From Pseudonocardiaceae bacterium (lineage in GTDB: Bacteria > Actinomycetota > Actinomycetes > Mycobacteriales > Pseudonocardiaceae): DNA of 56,681 bases. The first letter of the stretch is position 1, and the number at the start of each line of letters is the position of its first letter. The translations under genes were made by a program, and so were the position numbers. The DNA lies in the NCBI GenBank assembly GCA_035275565.1, contig DATEMN010000001.1, forward strand, positions 1-56,681, read 5' to 3'. Positions 1 to 7,196 of this stretch are shown one piece after another. Below the pieces are notes generated by a model. The model saw nothing but the letters and a program-made list of their open reading frames with translations, had not been told where the DNA came from and did no database searches.

Positions 1-644
1 TTCTCCGTGACTGACCTGCCGCTGGTGCTCTGGCTCGTGTCGAGTACTCGGACCTCGGGGTGGCGAGAGTCACCCTGCTCGGAGTGCGTGATCGCGAGCA
101 GTTGTTCGTCCCGGGACAGTGCCCCCACCCCGGCGTCGTGCTCGCTGTGGTAAATGACCTCGGCGGGCTTGCCGTCGCGGGAGAACCACACCGTGGTGCC
201 CTCGTCGGTGGAGGCGCCGATCGCCACACTGTGTCGACCGATGTCCAGTCCAGCGGGGTAGCCGGGTTCGGTGCCCGCGACGGCTGACTGTGGCGGCTCA
301 CCGCTAGGCCGTCCGGCGAACGGCTCGACCACCCAGCTGCCGAATTCGTCACCGTCGGTGTCGGCGAACCACCACACCTGCTCACCGTCGGGGGTGACGG
401 TGGCGATGTGGGTGCCGTGCGGCCGGTCGGTGACCTGCCGGTGCGTGCCGGTGACGCGATCCCAGGCGTAGATCTCCCAGGTGCCCGACGCGTTGGAGGT
501 GTATAGGCAGCGGTCCGGGGCGTCTGGTGCCCATTGCGGCAGGCTGATCCGGGGTGCGGTAAACCGGGCGCGCCAGCGGGCTTCCGCCACCGGGTCGTCG
601 AACAGGGTGTCCGGGACGGTGGCCGAGTGCTGTCGTGAGTTCAT
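1..644 (-). CDS. S9 family serine peptidase (prolyl oligopeptidase / acylaminoacyl-peptidase type), N-terminal beta-propeller part; the 3' end lies beyond the window edge
   Basis: Not in the ORF track because it runs off the window. My own reverse-strand translation from ATG 644..642 is stop-free to position 1: MNSRQHSATVPDTLFDDPVAEARWRARFTAPRISLPQWAPDAPDRCLYTSNASGTWEIYAWDRVTGTHRQVTDRPHGTHIATVTPDGEQVWWFADTDGDEFGSW... This is the typical N-terminus of actinobacterial S9 peptidases. Confidence 0.6.
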   Translation of the reverse strand, partial: MNSRQHSATVPDTLFDDPVAEARWRARFTAPRISLPQWAPDAPDRCLYTSNASGTWEIYAWDRVTGTHRQVTDRPHGTHIATVTPDGEQVWWFADTDGDEFGSWVVEPFAGRPSGEPPQSAVAGTEPGYPAGLDIGRHSVAIGASTDEGTTVWFSRDGKPAEVIYHSEHDAGVGALSRDEQLLAITHSEQGDSRHPEVRVLDTSQSTSGRSVTE

Positions 645-860
645 CTTCTCGATAGTGCCGCACGCCCCTCCGCTGCCTCGGCCGGGCTCTACTGATCAGT
701 GGCGCAAGGCCGTGGGACCGAGATAGCTGATCAGCACGTCATCGAACGGGCGCCACCGCAAGAGCCCGCTCTCCGTGGAGGTGCGACCGGCACGGCCCAC
801 AGCAGGCGGTCAGCGAGATCACGCAGCGCGTTGTGGCAGGCGCCGCTGTTACCAGAACAA

Positions 861-958
861 CTCTGAATAGCACGCAGCGGGCCTCTGTGACCGCGGTTCG
901 GCTCCGATTGGCACGTAGGGGGTCTCTGTGACCGCGATTCGGCTCCGATTGGCAGTTG
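861..958 (-). repeat. Two tandem copies (881-916, 921-958), plus a degenerate third, of a dispersed palindromic intergenic repeat in reverse orientation
   Basis: gcctctgtgaccgcggttcggctccgattggcacg and ggtctctgtgaccgcgattcggctccgattggcag. Their reverse complements match GTGCCA(A/T)TCGGAGCCGAA(T/C)CGCGGTCACAGAG, seen at five other loci in the window. Confidence 0.75.
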
Positions 959-1124
959 GCGGTGCACGAAAAGGATAAACCAGTCTTTTGAGGCATGAGG
1001 CTGGGTCGGCGCGGAAGTCCTGTCGCGGCACGGCTTTGTGGCTGGGGTCTCGAACCAGCTGGACTGAGGGGGCTACCCCCTGGAGGCTCCGAACAGTGTC
1101 GGATCGTCCGGCTAGCATCTGGTC

Positions 1125-1694
1125 ATGGTCGCCCCACCGGTTCTGTCACGTGGACTGCTCGCTCGTGTGCTGGCGGACCGAGCGACCCATGGCGACGCCC
1201 TCGAATGGCTACCGCGGCTGCCTGGCCACAGTGTGGACCTGTTCTTCACCAGCCCTCCCTACGCCGACGCGCGTGTGTACAGCCGTATCCATCCGGATCG
1301 TTATGTCGACTGGTTCCTGCCGTTCGCAAGCACGATGCTCGATGCTGTGAGTGACACGGGAACTCTGGTCTTGAACATCAAGAATAGAGTGGCGAACCGA
1401 GGTGCCGTAAAGGGTCAGTGCCATCCGTATGCATATCAACCTGTTCTTGCTCCGCAAGAAATGGGCTGACGATGGTTCGAAACATACATCTGGGCGAAGA
1501 TGAACGCCGTTCTAGGACGATTCGGACCGCGAACTAAAGACAGTTTCGAGTACGTATACCATTTCGCTCGTAGGCCGAAGCCTTATTTTGCTCTCGATGC
1601 TCGGAGTCGGTTGACATGTCGGATGCCAGAGAGGCGGTCAATGGGATTATTGACGCGTCTACCTGGGATCAAAGGATTACCAGAATTCGTCTAA
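1125..1694 (+). pseudogene. Relic N4/N6 DNA methyltransferase (ParB-less PF01555-type): in-frame nonsense codon and loss of the C-terminal half
   Basis: ORFs 1125..1469 and 1500..1694 share a frame and are separated by TGA at 1467..1469 (...PQEMG*RWFETYIWAK...). The catalytic motif IV 'FTSPPY' and the family-typical 'KDSFEYVYHFA' are present. The C-terminal AdoMet motif (DPF-GSGTT) is absent, and the sequence after ...RRPKPYF looks unrelated. Confidence 0.65.
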
Positions 1695-2191
1695 TGCCAC
1701 GGAATCACGGTACCGCGGAGCACGCTCGAATCTTCGCTGAGGTCGCCCGTGAGGCGTACGCCCCACATCTCGCTGCCGACTTTGCTCACATCCACGAAGC
1801 TCCATTCTATGAGCAGAACTATTTTGAAGATTTCTACGTTGATGCCTGCGTTGCCACGAATGGTTTCGCTGACGTTTCTGAAGCACGGTTGGCTGAGGTG
1901 CTCTACAAAAGCCCCCGGACGCTGTTAGAAGGCTTAGACGGCCCGGCCGTCGATCTCGAGTCACCTGTGAGATCTGAGTCAACCCGGAGCGATGGTCAGG
2001 CGCGTGCCGTTGCCACGCCCGGTAAACCCTGTGAACGAGTTGTCCGGTCAAGTAGTGCGCAGGTGCCGTTACCAGCCCAAGACTCTGGTGTCGTTCGGCG
2101 GGCCGTCCACGCTTCGTCATCGGATAGCCGAGCATGCCAAGGGTATCTCGTCAGGTATTTCGAGCCTTGGTGTGGCACGTGTGGTTCGTAG
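1616..2191 (+). CDS. Hypothetical protein; only the first ~115 codons look protein-like and the 3' part may be degraded
   Basis: ORF track only: MSDAREAVNGIIDASTWDQRITRIRLMPRNHGTAEHARIFAEVAREAYAPHL... I recognise no family. It lies in AT-richer DNA, and the tail (after ...LEGLDGPAVDLES) is low-complexity. Confidence 0.25.
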   Translation: MSDAREAVNGIIDASTWDQRITRIRLMPRNHGTAEHARIFAEVAREAYAPHLAADFAHIHEAPFYEQNYFEDFYVDACVATNGFADVSEARLAEVLYKSPRTLLEGLDGPAVDLESPVRSESTRSDGQARAVATPGKPCERVVRSSSAQVPLPAQDSGVVRRAVHASSSDSRACQGYLVRYFEPWCGTCGS

Positions 2192-2423
2192 CCCTCCGAT
2201 CCGAGTAGGACCTTCACGCCCGCCTCGCGCAGTTCATTGACGTTACGGTTGGAGGCTGGGTGCGCCGCTTGGGTCGCGTTCAGAAATGGCAGCGCAGATC
2301 ACCATCGCCCGGCAGATGTGCGAGGTGTCTCGTTCAGCTTTGGCCGCTATGGGGTATGAGGCGAGTGCAGAAGACGTTCTCGAAGGTCAAGTCGGTCATT
2401 GACCTCGATTCCGAGCGTCCCGC

Positions 2424-2460
2424 CGAGTGCTATTCGGAGTCGACTCGCGGTCGCAGGGAC
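2424..2460 (+). repeat. Divergent copy of the dispersed palindromic repeat
   Basis: cgagtgctattcggagtcgactcgcggtcgcagggac versus the family consensus GAGTGCCATTCGGAGCCGAATCGCGGTCACAGAGAC. Confidence 0.6.
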
Positions 2461-2592
2461 GATGAACCCGGTATGCCGGGCGTGACGCAGCATCATCCGG
2501 CCACAGGATCACTCAGAGTGAAAGCCTGTAGTTCCAGTCACTTAGACAGTCAGAGGTGCTCATTTACCTCACCTGGCTCCGGCTATCGAGGG

Positions 2593-3042
2593 CTATCGAG
2601 CGAGGCGACGCGCGGTGTCCTTGATGACATCAGTGAGGCAACGCTGGGCCGCGCCGCCCATGCTATTCAGCACGATCTGGAGTTGCCGCGCGGTGTTCAG
2701 ATCGATCTTGCCGATCATCGTTGCTGCGGTACTGGTCAAGGCCAGGAGAACGCGTCTGAGGTCGTCGGGGTCCGGGGTGCGGCTGACCAGCCCGGCCCGG
2801 GTGAGTCGATCGACCATCGCGCAGGTGGCTGGTGGTCGGGTGCCCAGGGCCTGGGACAATGCGATCAGTGTGACCGGGGCCTTCGCGCTGATGTAGTGCA
2901 GTGCAATCAGCTGGGCCAGGGTCATCTCGCTGCCTGCCCAAGCGGCCGGCCGGGCCGACACCAGCCCTCGCAGGTGGCTTGCCAGCCAGCGGGCATCCTC
3001 CGTTGTCACCATCGACGGTCCTGCTCCGGGCCAACCGTCCAA
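2593..3042 (-). CDS. MarR family transcriptional regulator
   Basis: 149-aa ORF. Winged-HTH core ...LAQLIALHYISAKAPVTLIALSQALGTRPPATCAMVDRLTRAGLVSRTPDPDDLRRVLLALT... is typical of MarR. The start could be the downstream Met (MVTTED..., 3012). Confidence 0.8.
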   Translation of the reverse strand: MDGWPGAGPSMVTTEDARWLASHLRGLVSARPAAWAGSEMTLAQLIALHYISAKAPVTLIALSQALGTRPPATCAMVDRLTRAGLVSRTPDPDDLRRVLLALTSTAATMIGKIDLNTARQLQIVLNSMGGAAQRCLTDVIKDTARRLAR

Positions 3043-3990
3043 CTCTCCACCGGTTGACCTCCATTAGTCTTTGATGCTTCATGGAACCAACGAAAGCGCT
3101 CTAGCGCAAGAACCTGCTGGTGCAGTTCTTGGGGCGTGGGCTGGTCACTATCTGTGAATCAGCGATAGCTACGTCACCAGGCCCTCGAAAATAAGGATAA
3201 ATCGCCCTAATCGTCAGATACTGCCGTCCGGCGATGATCTCGGTCGAGACATCCTCAGCTGGCACCACCCTGCGCTCACCACCAAGTTTCATGGGGAGTA
3301 CCCCCACTGCCACCCCAGCTAAACCAGGATCACGCAGCCGGCGCGGCGACCGTCCACGCCGGCTGGTATCGTTAAAGATCGTCCGTGTGTCCAAGCGGTT
3401 CGGGCGACATCAAGGCTTACCTGCTTGGTGGCGCAGATCCGGGGACGGTGGGATCGGCAAGCCGGGGGTTCGCGATCCACGAAGCGTTCGTCCATAAAGC
3501 TCATCGACGAACTGCAGACAAGGTGGAGCGGAAGTTCCTCAATCATTGCTTGGAGCCGGCTGACACGGCAGTTACGGAACGGCAAGGCTGGACACAGGTC
3601 CGAAGATCTACGGCACAGGTCACGGACGGTGACATCATGTGCCCTGGTTCAGCCGTAAGCGGACTTCAAGAACATGAATCGCGAGGTGGTCGAGCACCGG
3701 ATTGAATCGGTCCGCACACGCGCCACAACGTAGCGCTATCGACGGTGGGACGCGTAACGCGCTCTTGCTGACAAACGATGGACATTACAAGGATGGCGCC
3801 ACAAGGTAGATCATGAAAACACGAACGGACTGGCGGCCCCTCGAACTGCGGCTGCGACTTACCGTGGCGGTCTTCCCGTGCCACCGTCTGAGGTGCGCAT
3901 TTCACAGGCAGTAGTAGTCTCGAGTGTGGTAACAATCGGTGTCTGCGCCGTCACTCGAACTTACTGGTAGACGAAACGGAAGGCGCTGAG

Positions 3991-4227
3991 ATGGGCAACT
4001 ACATAGTTAACGGCGAGGTGATCGACGTGCGTGAGGAGCTACCAACCGCCGCCGACCTCAAGCGTCACACCAGGAGCGTGCTGTCCGATTGGGTGATGGC
4101 GAGCATGCCCAATGGTCAGATCGTAAAACTCGAGGATCATAGGCCACTTCCTGCTGATGCGGTCGACTACTCAGTGGTGACGCCGTTCACCTATGGGTGC
4201 ATTGCCAGGTCGGAATGTCGTCCATAA
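3991..4227 (+). CDS. Small ubiquitin-like (beta-grasp, ThiS/MoaD/'multiubiquitin'-type) protein; the precursor carries a C-terminal tail
   Basis: 78 aa: MGNYIVNGEVIDVREELPTAADLKRH...GQIVKLEDHRPLPADAVDYSVVTPFTYG|CIARSECRP. The 'I-VNG-x-v', 'dl', 'l-dgD-v' pattern resembles ThiS-like Ubls. It has an RBS-like ggaagg upstream and is the first gene of an operon with E2 and JAB-E1. Confidence 0.6.
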   Translation: MGNYIVNGEVIDVREELPTAADLKRHTRSVLSDWVMASMPNGQIVKLEDHRPLPADAVDYSVVTPFTYGCIARSECRP

Positions 4228-4685
4228 CCCACGACCTCGACACCCGGCGCCGGATCGGTCGACTCAGGGCCGAGGCGTTGTTGCTTTCGCAGCGGTTCGG
4301 TGATGTCCGTTTCGACACGAAGAGCGGTACTTGGTTCTACGTCGAGCGATTTCCGATCCCCTCGGGCTGGAACAAGTCTCATATCGAGTTGCTGATCGAC
4401 ATCCCGCACGGTACCCCTGGTTACCCCTCGGTGCCGCCGGAATGGTTCTGGGCGGACCATGATCTCCGCACGGACAAAAAGCAACCGCTCAACCACTTCT
4501 TCACGCGTGGCCCGAGCAGCGACAAGGAACATCTCAATCATGGCTGGGGGCATTTCTGTGTACATCTTATCGGGTGGCGACCCATGGGTGGCGCCGACTT
4601 TCTGCGTGGACACAGTCTGGTGACCTACCTGAATCTGATCGCGGCTATCTTTCGCGATCGGCGCACGCTCAGTGGGGTAGGATGA
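4215..4685 (+). CDS. UBC-like E2 (prokaryotic E2 family; best guess is the 'Prok-E2_E'-type, given the operon context)
   Basis: ...IELLIDIPHGTPGYPSVPPEWFW... mimics the UBC 'fP-x-YP-x-PP' strand-loop. ...NHGWGHFCVHLIGWRP... mimics the UBC active site 'ICLDIL--W-P' (Cys codon 4557..4559). ATG 4215 overlaps the Ubl tail by 13 nt (alternative GTG at 4197). The stop overlaps the next start (ATGA at 4682..4685). Confidence 0.65.
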   Translation: MSSITHDLDTRRRIGRLRAEALLLSQRFGDVRFDTKSGTWFYVERFPIPSGWNKSHIELLIDIPHGTPGYPSVPPEWFWADHDLRTDKKQPLNHFFTRGPSSDKEHLNHGWGHFCVHLIGWRPMGGADFLRGHSLVTYLNLIAAIFRDRRTLSGVG

Positions 4686-6202
4686 TGAAGTTCGAAGTGC
4701 CTGACATCGTCCTGAGCTCGCGTCTCTGGTCACAACTCCGCGCTCATCTCCTGGCTAGCAATGATGAACTAAATCGGTCGGGAGACAATGAGCAGTCGGC
4801 GTTCATTCTTGCTGCGCCCAACGTGTCAGCCGGCAGGGTACGCTTGGTGGGTCATGAGCTGTTACGTGCCCAGTCGAGGGATTTAGATCAGCAGTCTCCC
4901 TCGAGTATCAGTCTGAACGGTCAATTCGTTGCGGCGGCTTTGACTCGGTGTCGGCGAGAAGGCTGGAGTCTGATCGAGGTCCACTCGCATCCCTTCGACT
5001 CAGGGTCTCGAACGACGTTCAGCGGTGTTGACTGGTCTAACGACCGGATGAAGATGCCCCGTCTTGCGTCGATGCTGCCCGCGCCGTTCTACCACGTCAC
5101 GATGGTCGTGGGACAGAACAGTCTCGACGCTCATTACTATCAACGTGCAACCGGGAAGATACTGCCAGTACGGAGAGTGACCATCGTTGGTAGCTCCGCC
5201 GAGGATTCACCAGTGCTGCGCTATCTCCCAGTATCCGGTTCTACTCCTGCGCCGGTCCACCCGCACGATGCGCACGATGTACGTCACAGCCGCCAACTGC
5301 CGCTGCTCGGCGCCGCCACGCAAGAGGCCCTCGCGCAAGCGCGAGTGGCCGTCGTCGGTGTAGGCGGACTCGGTTCGTTCGCTGCCGTAGAACTCGCCCA
5401 CCTCGGCGTCGGCCACCTGACTCTGATCGATCCTGATCGTATCGAGCTGAGTAATCTCAACCGTCTCATCGGCGCTAGACCGGACGATGTTGGACGGTAC
5501 AAGGTCGACGTCTTTCGAGAACTTATCGCCCGGGTGGCACCGGAGGTCGCGGTGACAGCCGTGGCGGCGCCGCTCCTCGACAGTGAAGCTCTCAACCATG
5601 CTAAAGCAGCGGATCTGCTGCTCGGCTGCGTGGACGGGCACGGTGCCCGGTTGTCCCTGAATCATTTATCTATCCGATACCTCATACCGCTCATCGATGC
5701 CGGTACCGGCGCCAGACTCGGGAGCGACAGTCTCGCCGCGAGACTCGGAGGGCAAGTCCATGTCGTTGCCCCGGGAGTCGGCTGCCTCGAGTGTCGTGGT
5801 TTCATTCATGCGCAACAGGCGGCGTATGACCTGGCGCCGCCGGAGGTGCAGGAGTACGAACGAGCACACGGCTACGGCACCGAGGAGGCCATGCCTTCGG
5901 TCATATTCCTGAATGGTGTCGTGGCGTCGATCCAGGTTGCGGAAGCCGTGCGGATCCTTGGCGTCGAGACAGGGCAGGAGTACGTCACGCCGAAGCTGAT
6001 CGTTTACGATGCACAAGCCCAGCGGATGTTCCCGGTGACTGTTCGCCACTCGCCTGAGTGCGCCACCTGCGGCAGTCACGGTGTGGTAGGCGTCGCTGAT
6101 CTGGCACCTTTGCAGGCTGCGTCGACGGCCGTGGCCGCTTTCGCACCGATATCACTAGCGCTAGCCGGAGTCGCACGTGCCGGATCCCATTCCGAGGAAT
6201 AA
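4682..6202 (+). CDS. JAMM/MPN+ metalloprotease (JAB) fused to an E1-like adenylyltransferase (ThiF/MoeB/HesA family)
   Basis: N-terminal domain: ...NEQSAFIL...EVHSHPFDSGSRTTFSGVDWSND fits E...HxH-x10-SxxD (HSH codons 4982..4990). C-terminal domain: RVAVVGVGGLGSFAAVELAHLGVGHLTLIDPDRIELSNLNRL (Rossmann GxGGxG plus D-x-D...SNLNR), with the two CxxC pairs GCLEC and ECATCG typical of the ThiF/MoeB Zn site. The true start is taken as ATG 4682 (MMKFEV...), not the track's 4574. Confidence 0.85.
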   Translation: MMKFEVPDIVLSSRLWSQLRAHLLASNDELNRSGDNEQSAFILAAPNVSAGRVRLVGHELLRAQSRDLDQQSPSSISLNGQFVAAALTRCRREGWSLIEVHSHPFDSGSRTTFSGVDWSNDRMKMPRLASMLPAPFYHVTMVVGQNSLDAHYYQRATGKILPVRRVTIVGSSAEDSPVLRYLPVSGSTPAPVHPHDAHDVRHSRQLPLLGAATQEALAQARVAVVGVGGLGSFAAVELAHLGVGHLTLIDPDRIELSNLNRLIGARPDDVGRYKVDVFRELIARVAPEVAVTAVAAPLLDSEALNHAKAADLLLGCVDGHGARLSLNHLSIRYLIPLIDAGTGARLGSDSLAARLGGQVHVVAPGVGCLECRGFIHAQQAAYDLAPPEVQEYERAHGYGTEEAMPSVIFLNGVVASIQVAEAVRILGVETGQEYVTPKLIVYDAQAQRMFPVTVRHSPECATCGSHGVVGVADLAPLQAASTAVAAFAPISLALAGVARAGSHSEE

Positions 6203-6434
6203 AAGCGCGCGTGGGTGGCGACCGCGCCGGCCTGCAGCCCGACGGGCTTGGCCGGGTCTGCCATTCCGGCGGCCTCCGGAGAATGTCGGACGGCATAGGC
6301 CGCAGCCAGGGCAGCCGCGGCCATCTGCGAGACAAGAAAGTCCGTTAGGTCAGCTGTTTCGGTGGCCCCAGGGCCACGTCGGACGGCATAGGCTGCTTCC
6401 CCCGTCGAGTCGCCTGCAACCCAGTACCGGGGTC

Positions 6435-7061
6435 GTGGTCGGTGTATTACTGTTGGTCGTCGCGGTGCTTGTGGTATGGATCGTCGTGCTGCCGCTTCTC
6501 CCCTCGGCAACATTCTCCGGCTCGATGGCTGCCCCGCCGACTCCCCCGGCGAGTGACCACGCCGATGCCGTGGGTGGCAATGATCCGGGCACTGTCGACA
6601 GCCGGCCGGAGGTGCCTGCGGCCATCGATCCCGGTCCCACACACGACAGTGCAGGTCGCGATGCGCTGAGCGTCACGCACCGTGATAGCGGGGTCCCGGT
6701 AGCAGGCAGTCAGCCCCGCTCAGTGGCACAGCCGTCCCAGCCCAATTCACCGGCGGCCGTCGCTGACCTCGGGCAGCAGGGCGGTCCAGCGGCGACAGAC
6801 CAGGTTCAGCGGCAGGTGGTACGACCAAGCGGGTCCGGTGCTGCCGAACCGGCCCCACGTCGAAAGCCTCAGCCCCCACCGGTCCACCCCCGCGGGAATT
6901 CCGGTTCGGAAACCGTGCCTGAACCGCCTGAGCCTGAACTCCCTGATCCCGACGAGCTGCGCGACCAGTTCAGCGCCGTGGCTCGAAAGCTCGCCGAGTT
7001 CCGGCCAGACCCTGACGGCACATTTCCCCAAGCCCCAGCGAGGGGCGCAGCGACACACTAA
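6435..7061 (+). CDS. Hypothetical membrane-anchored Pro-rich protein (start uncertain: GTG 6435, or ATG 6177 overlapping the E1 gene)
   Basis: One clear TM helix (VGVLLLVVAVLVVWIVVLPLL) is followed by a Pro/Ala/Ser-rich region. Third-position GC is only moderate, I recognise no family, and competing antisense ORFs exist. Confidence 0.3.
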   Translation: MVGVLLLVVAVLVVWIVVLPLLPSATFSGSMAAPPTPPASDHADAVGGNDPGTVDSRPEVPAAIDPGPTHDSAGRDALSVTHRDSGVPVAGSQPRSVAQPSQPNSPAAVADLGQQGGPAATDQVQRQVVRPSGSGAAEPAPRRKPQPPPVHPRGNSGSETVPEPPEPELPDPDELRDQFSAVARKLAEFRPDPDGTFPQAPARGAATH

Positions 7062-7196
7062 GCTGGCGAGAGGCACAGCGAGGGGGACAGCAGGCCCAAT
7101 GAGCCGGCCGGGGCACGCCAGTATTCGAAGGCACGTTCGCCGAGCGCCGCAGGCCCGACGATGCGGCGTGGAGCCCCAATCGAGCGTGGTCGCGCG

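Noticed and set aside
2260-3057. 265-aa plus-strand ORF
   Set aside because: Its 3' two-thirds are antisense to the well-supported MarR gene, and its 5' part covers a copy of the intergenic repeat. It has no motifs.
3991-6202. Reading the Ubl/E2/JAB-E1 genes as CBASS accessory genes (Cap2/Cap3), or as ThiS/ThiF or MoaD/MoeB cofactor biosynthesis
   Set aside because: No CD-NTase or effector gene is nearby, and Cap2 is an E1-E2 fusion, whereas here the E2 is separate and JAB is fused to the E1. No thiG/thiH/moaE-type partners are present, and the presence of an E2 plus a JAMM protease argues for protein conjugation rather than sulfur transfer.
6076-6642. 188-aa minus-strand ORF with an internal AAYAVR...AAYAVR repeat
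   Set aside because: The repeat reflects a 16-bp direct DNA repeat (gtcggacggcataggc at 6285-6300 and 6378-6393). The ORF would overlap the 3' end of the E1 gene by >100 nt and has no motifs. I treated 6203-6430 as probably non-coding.
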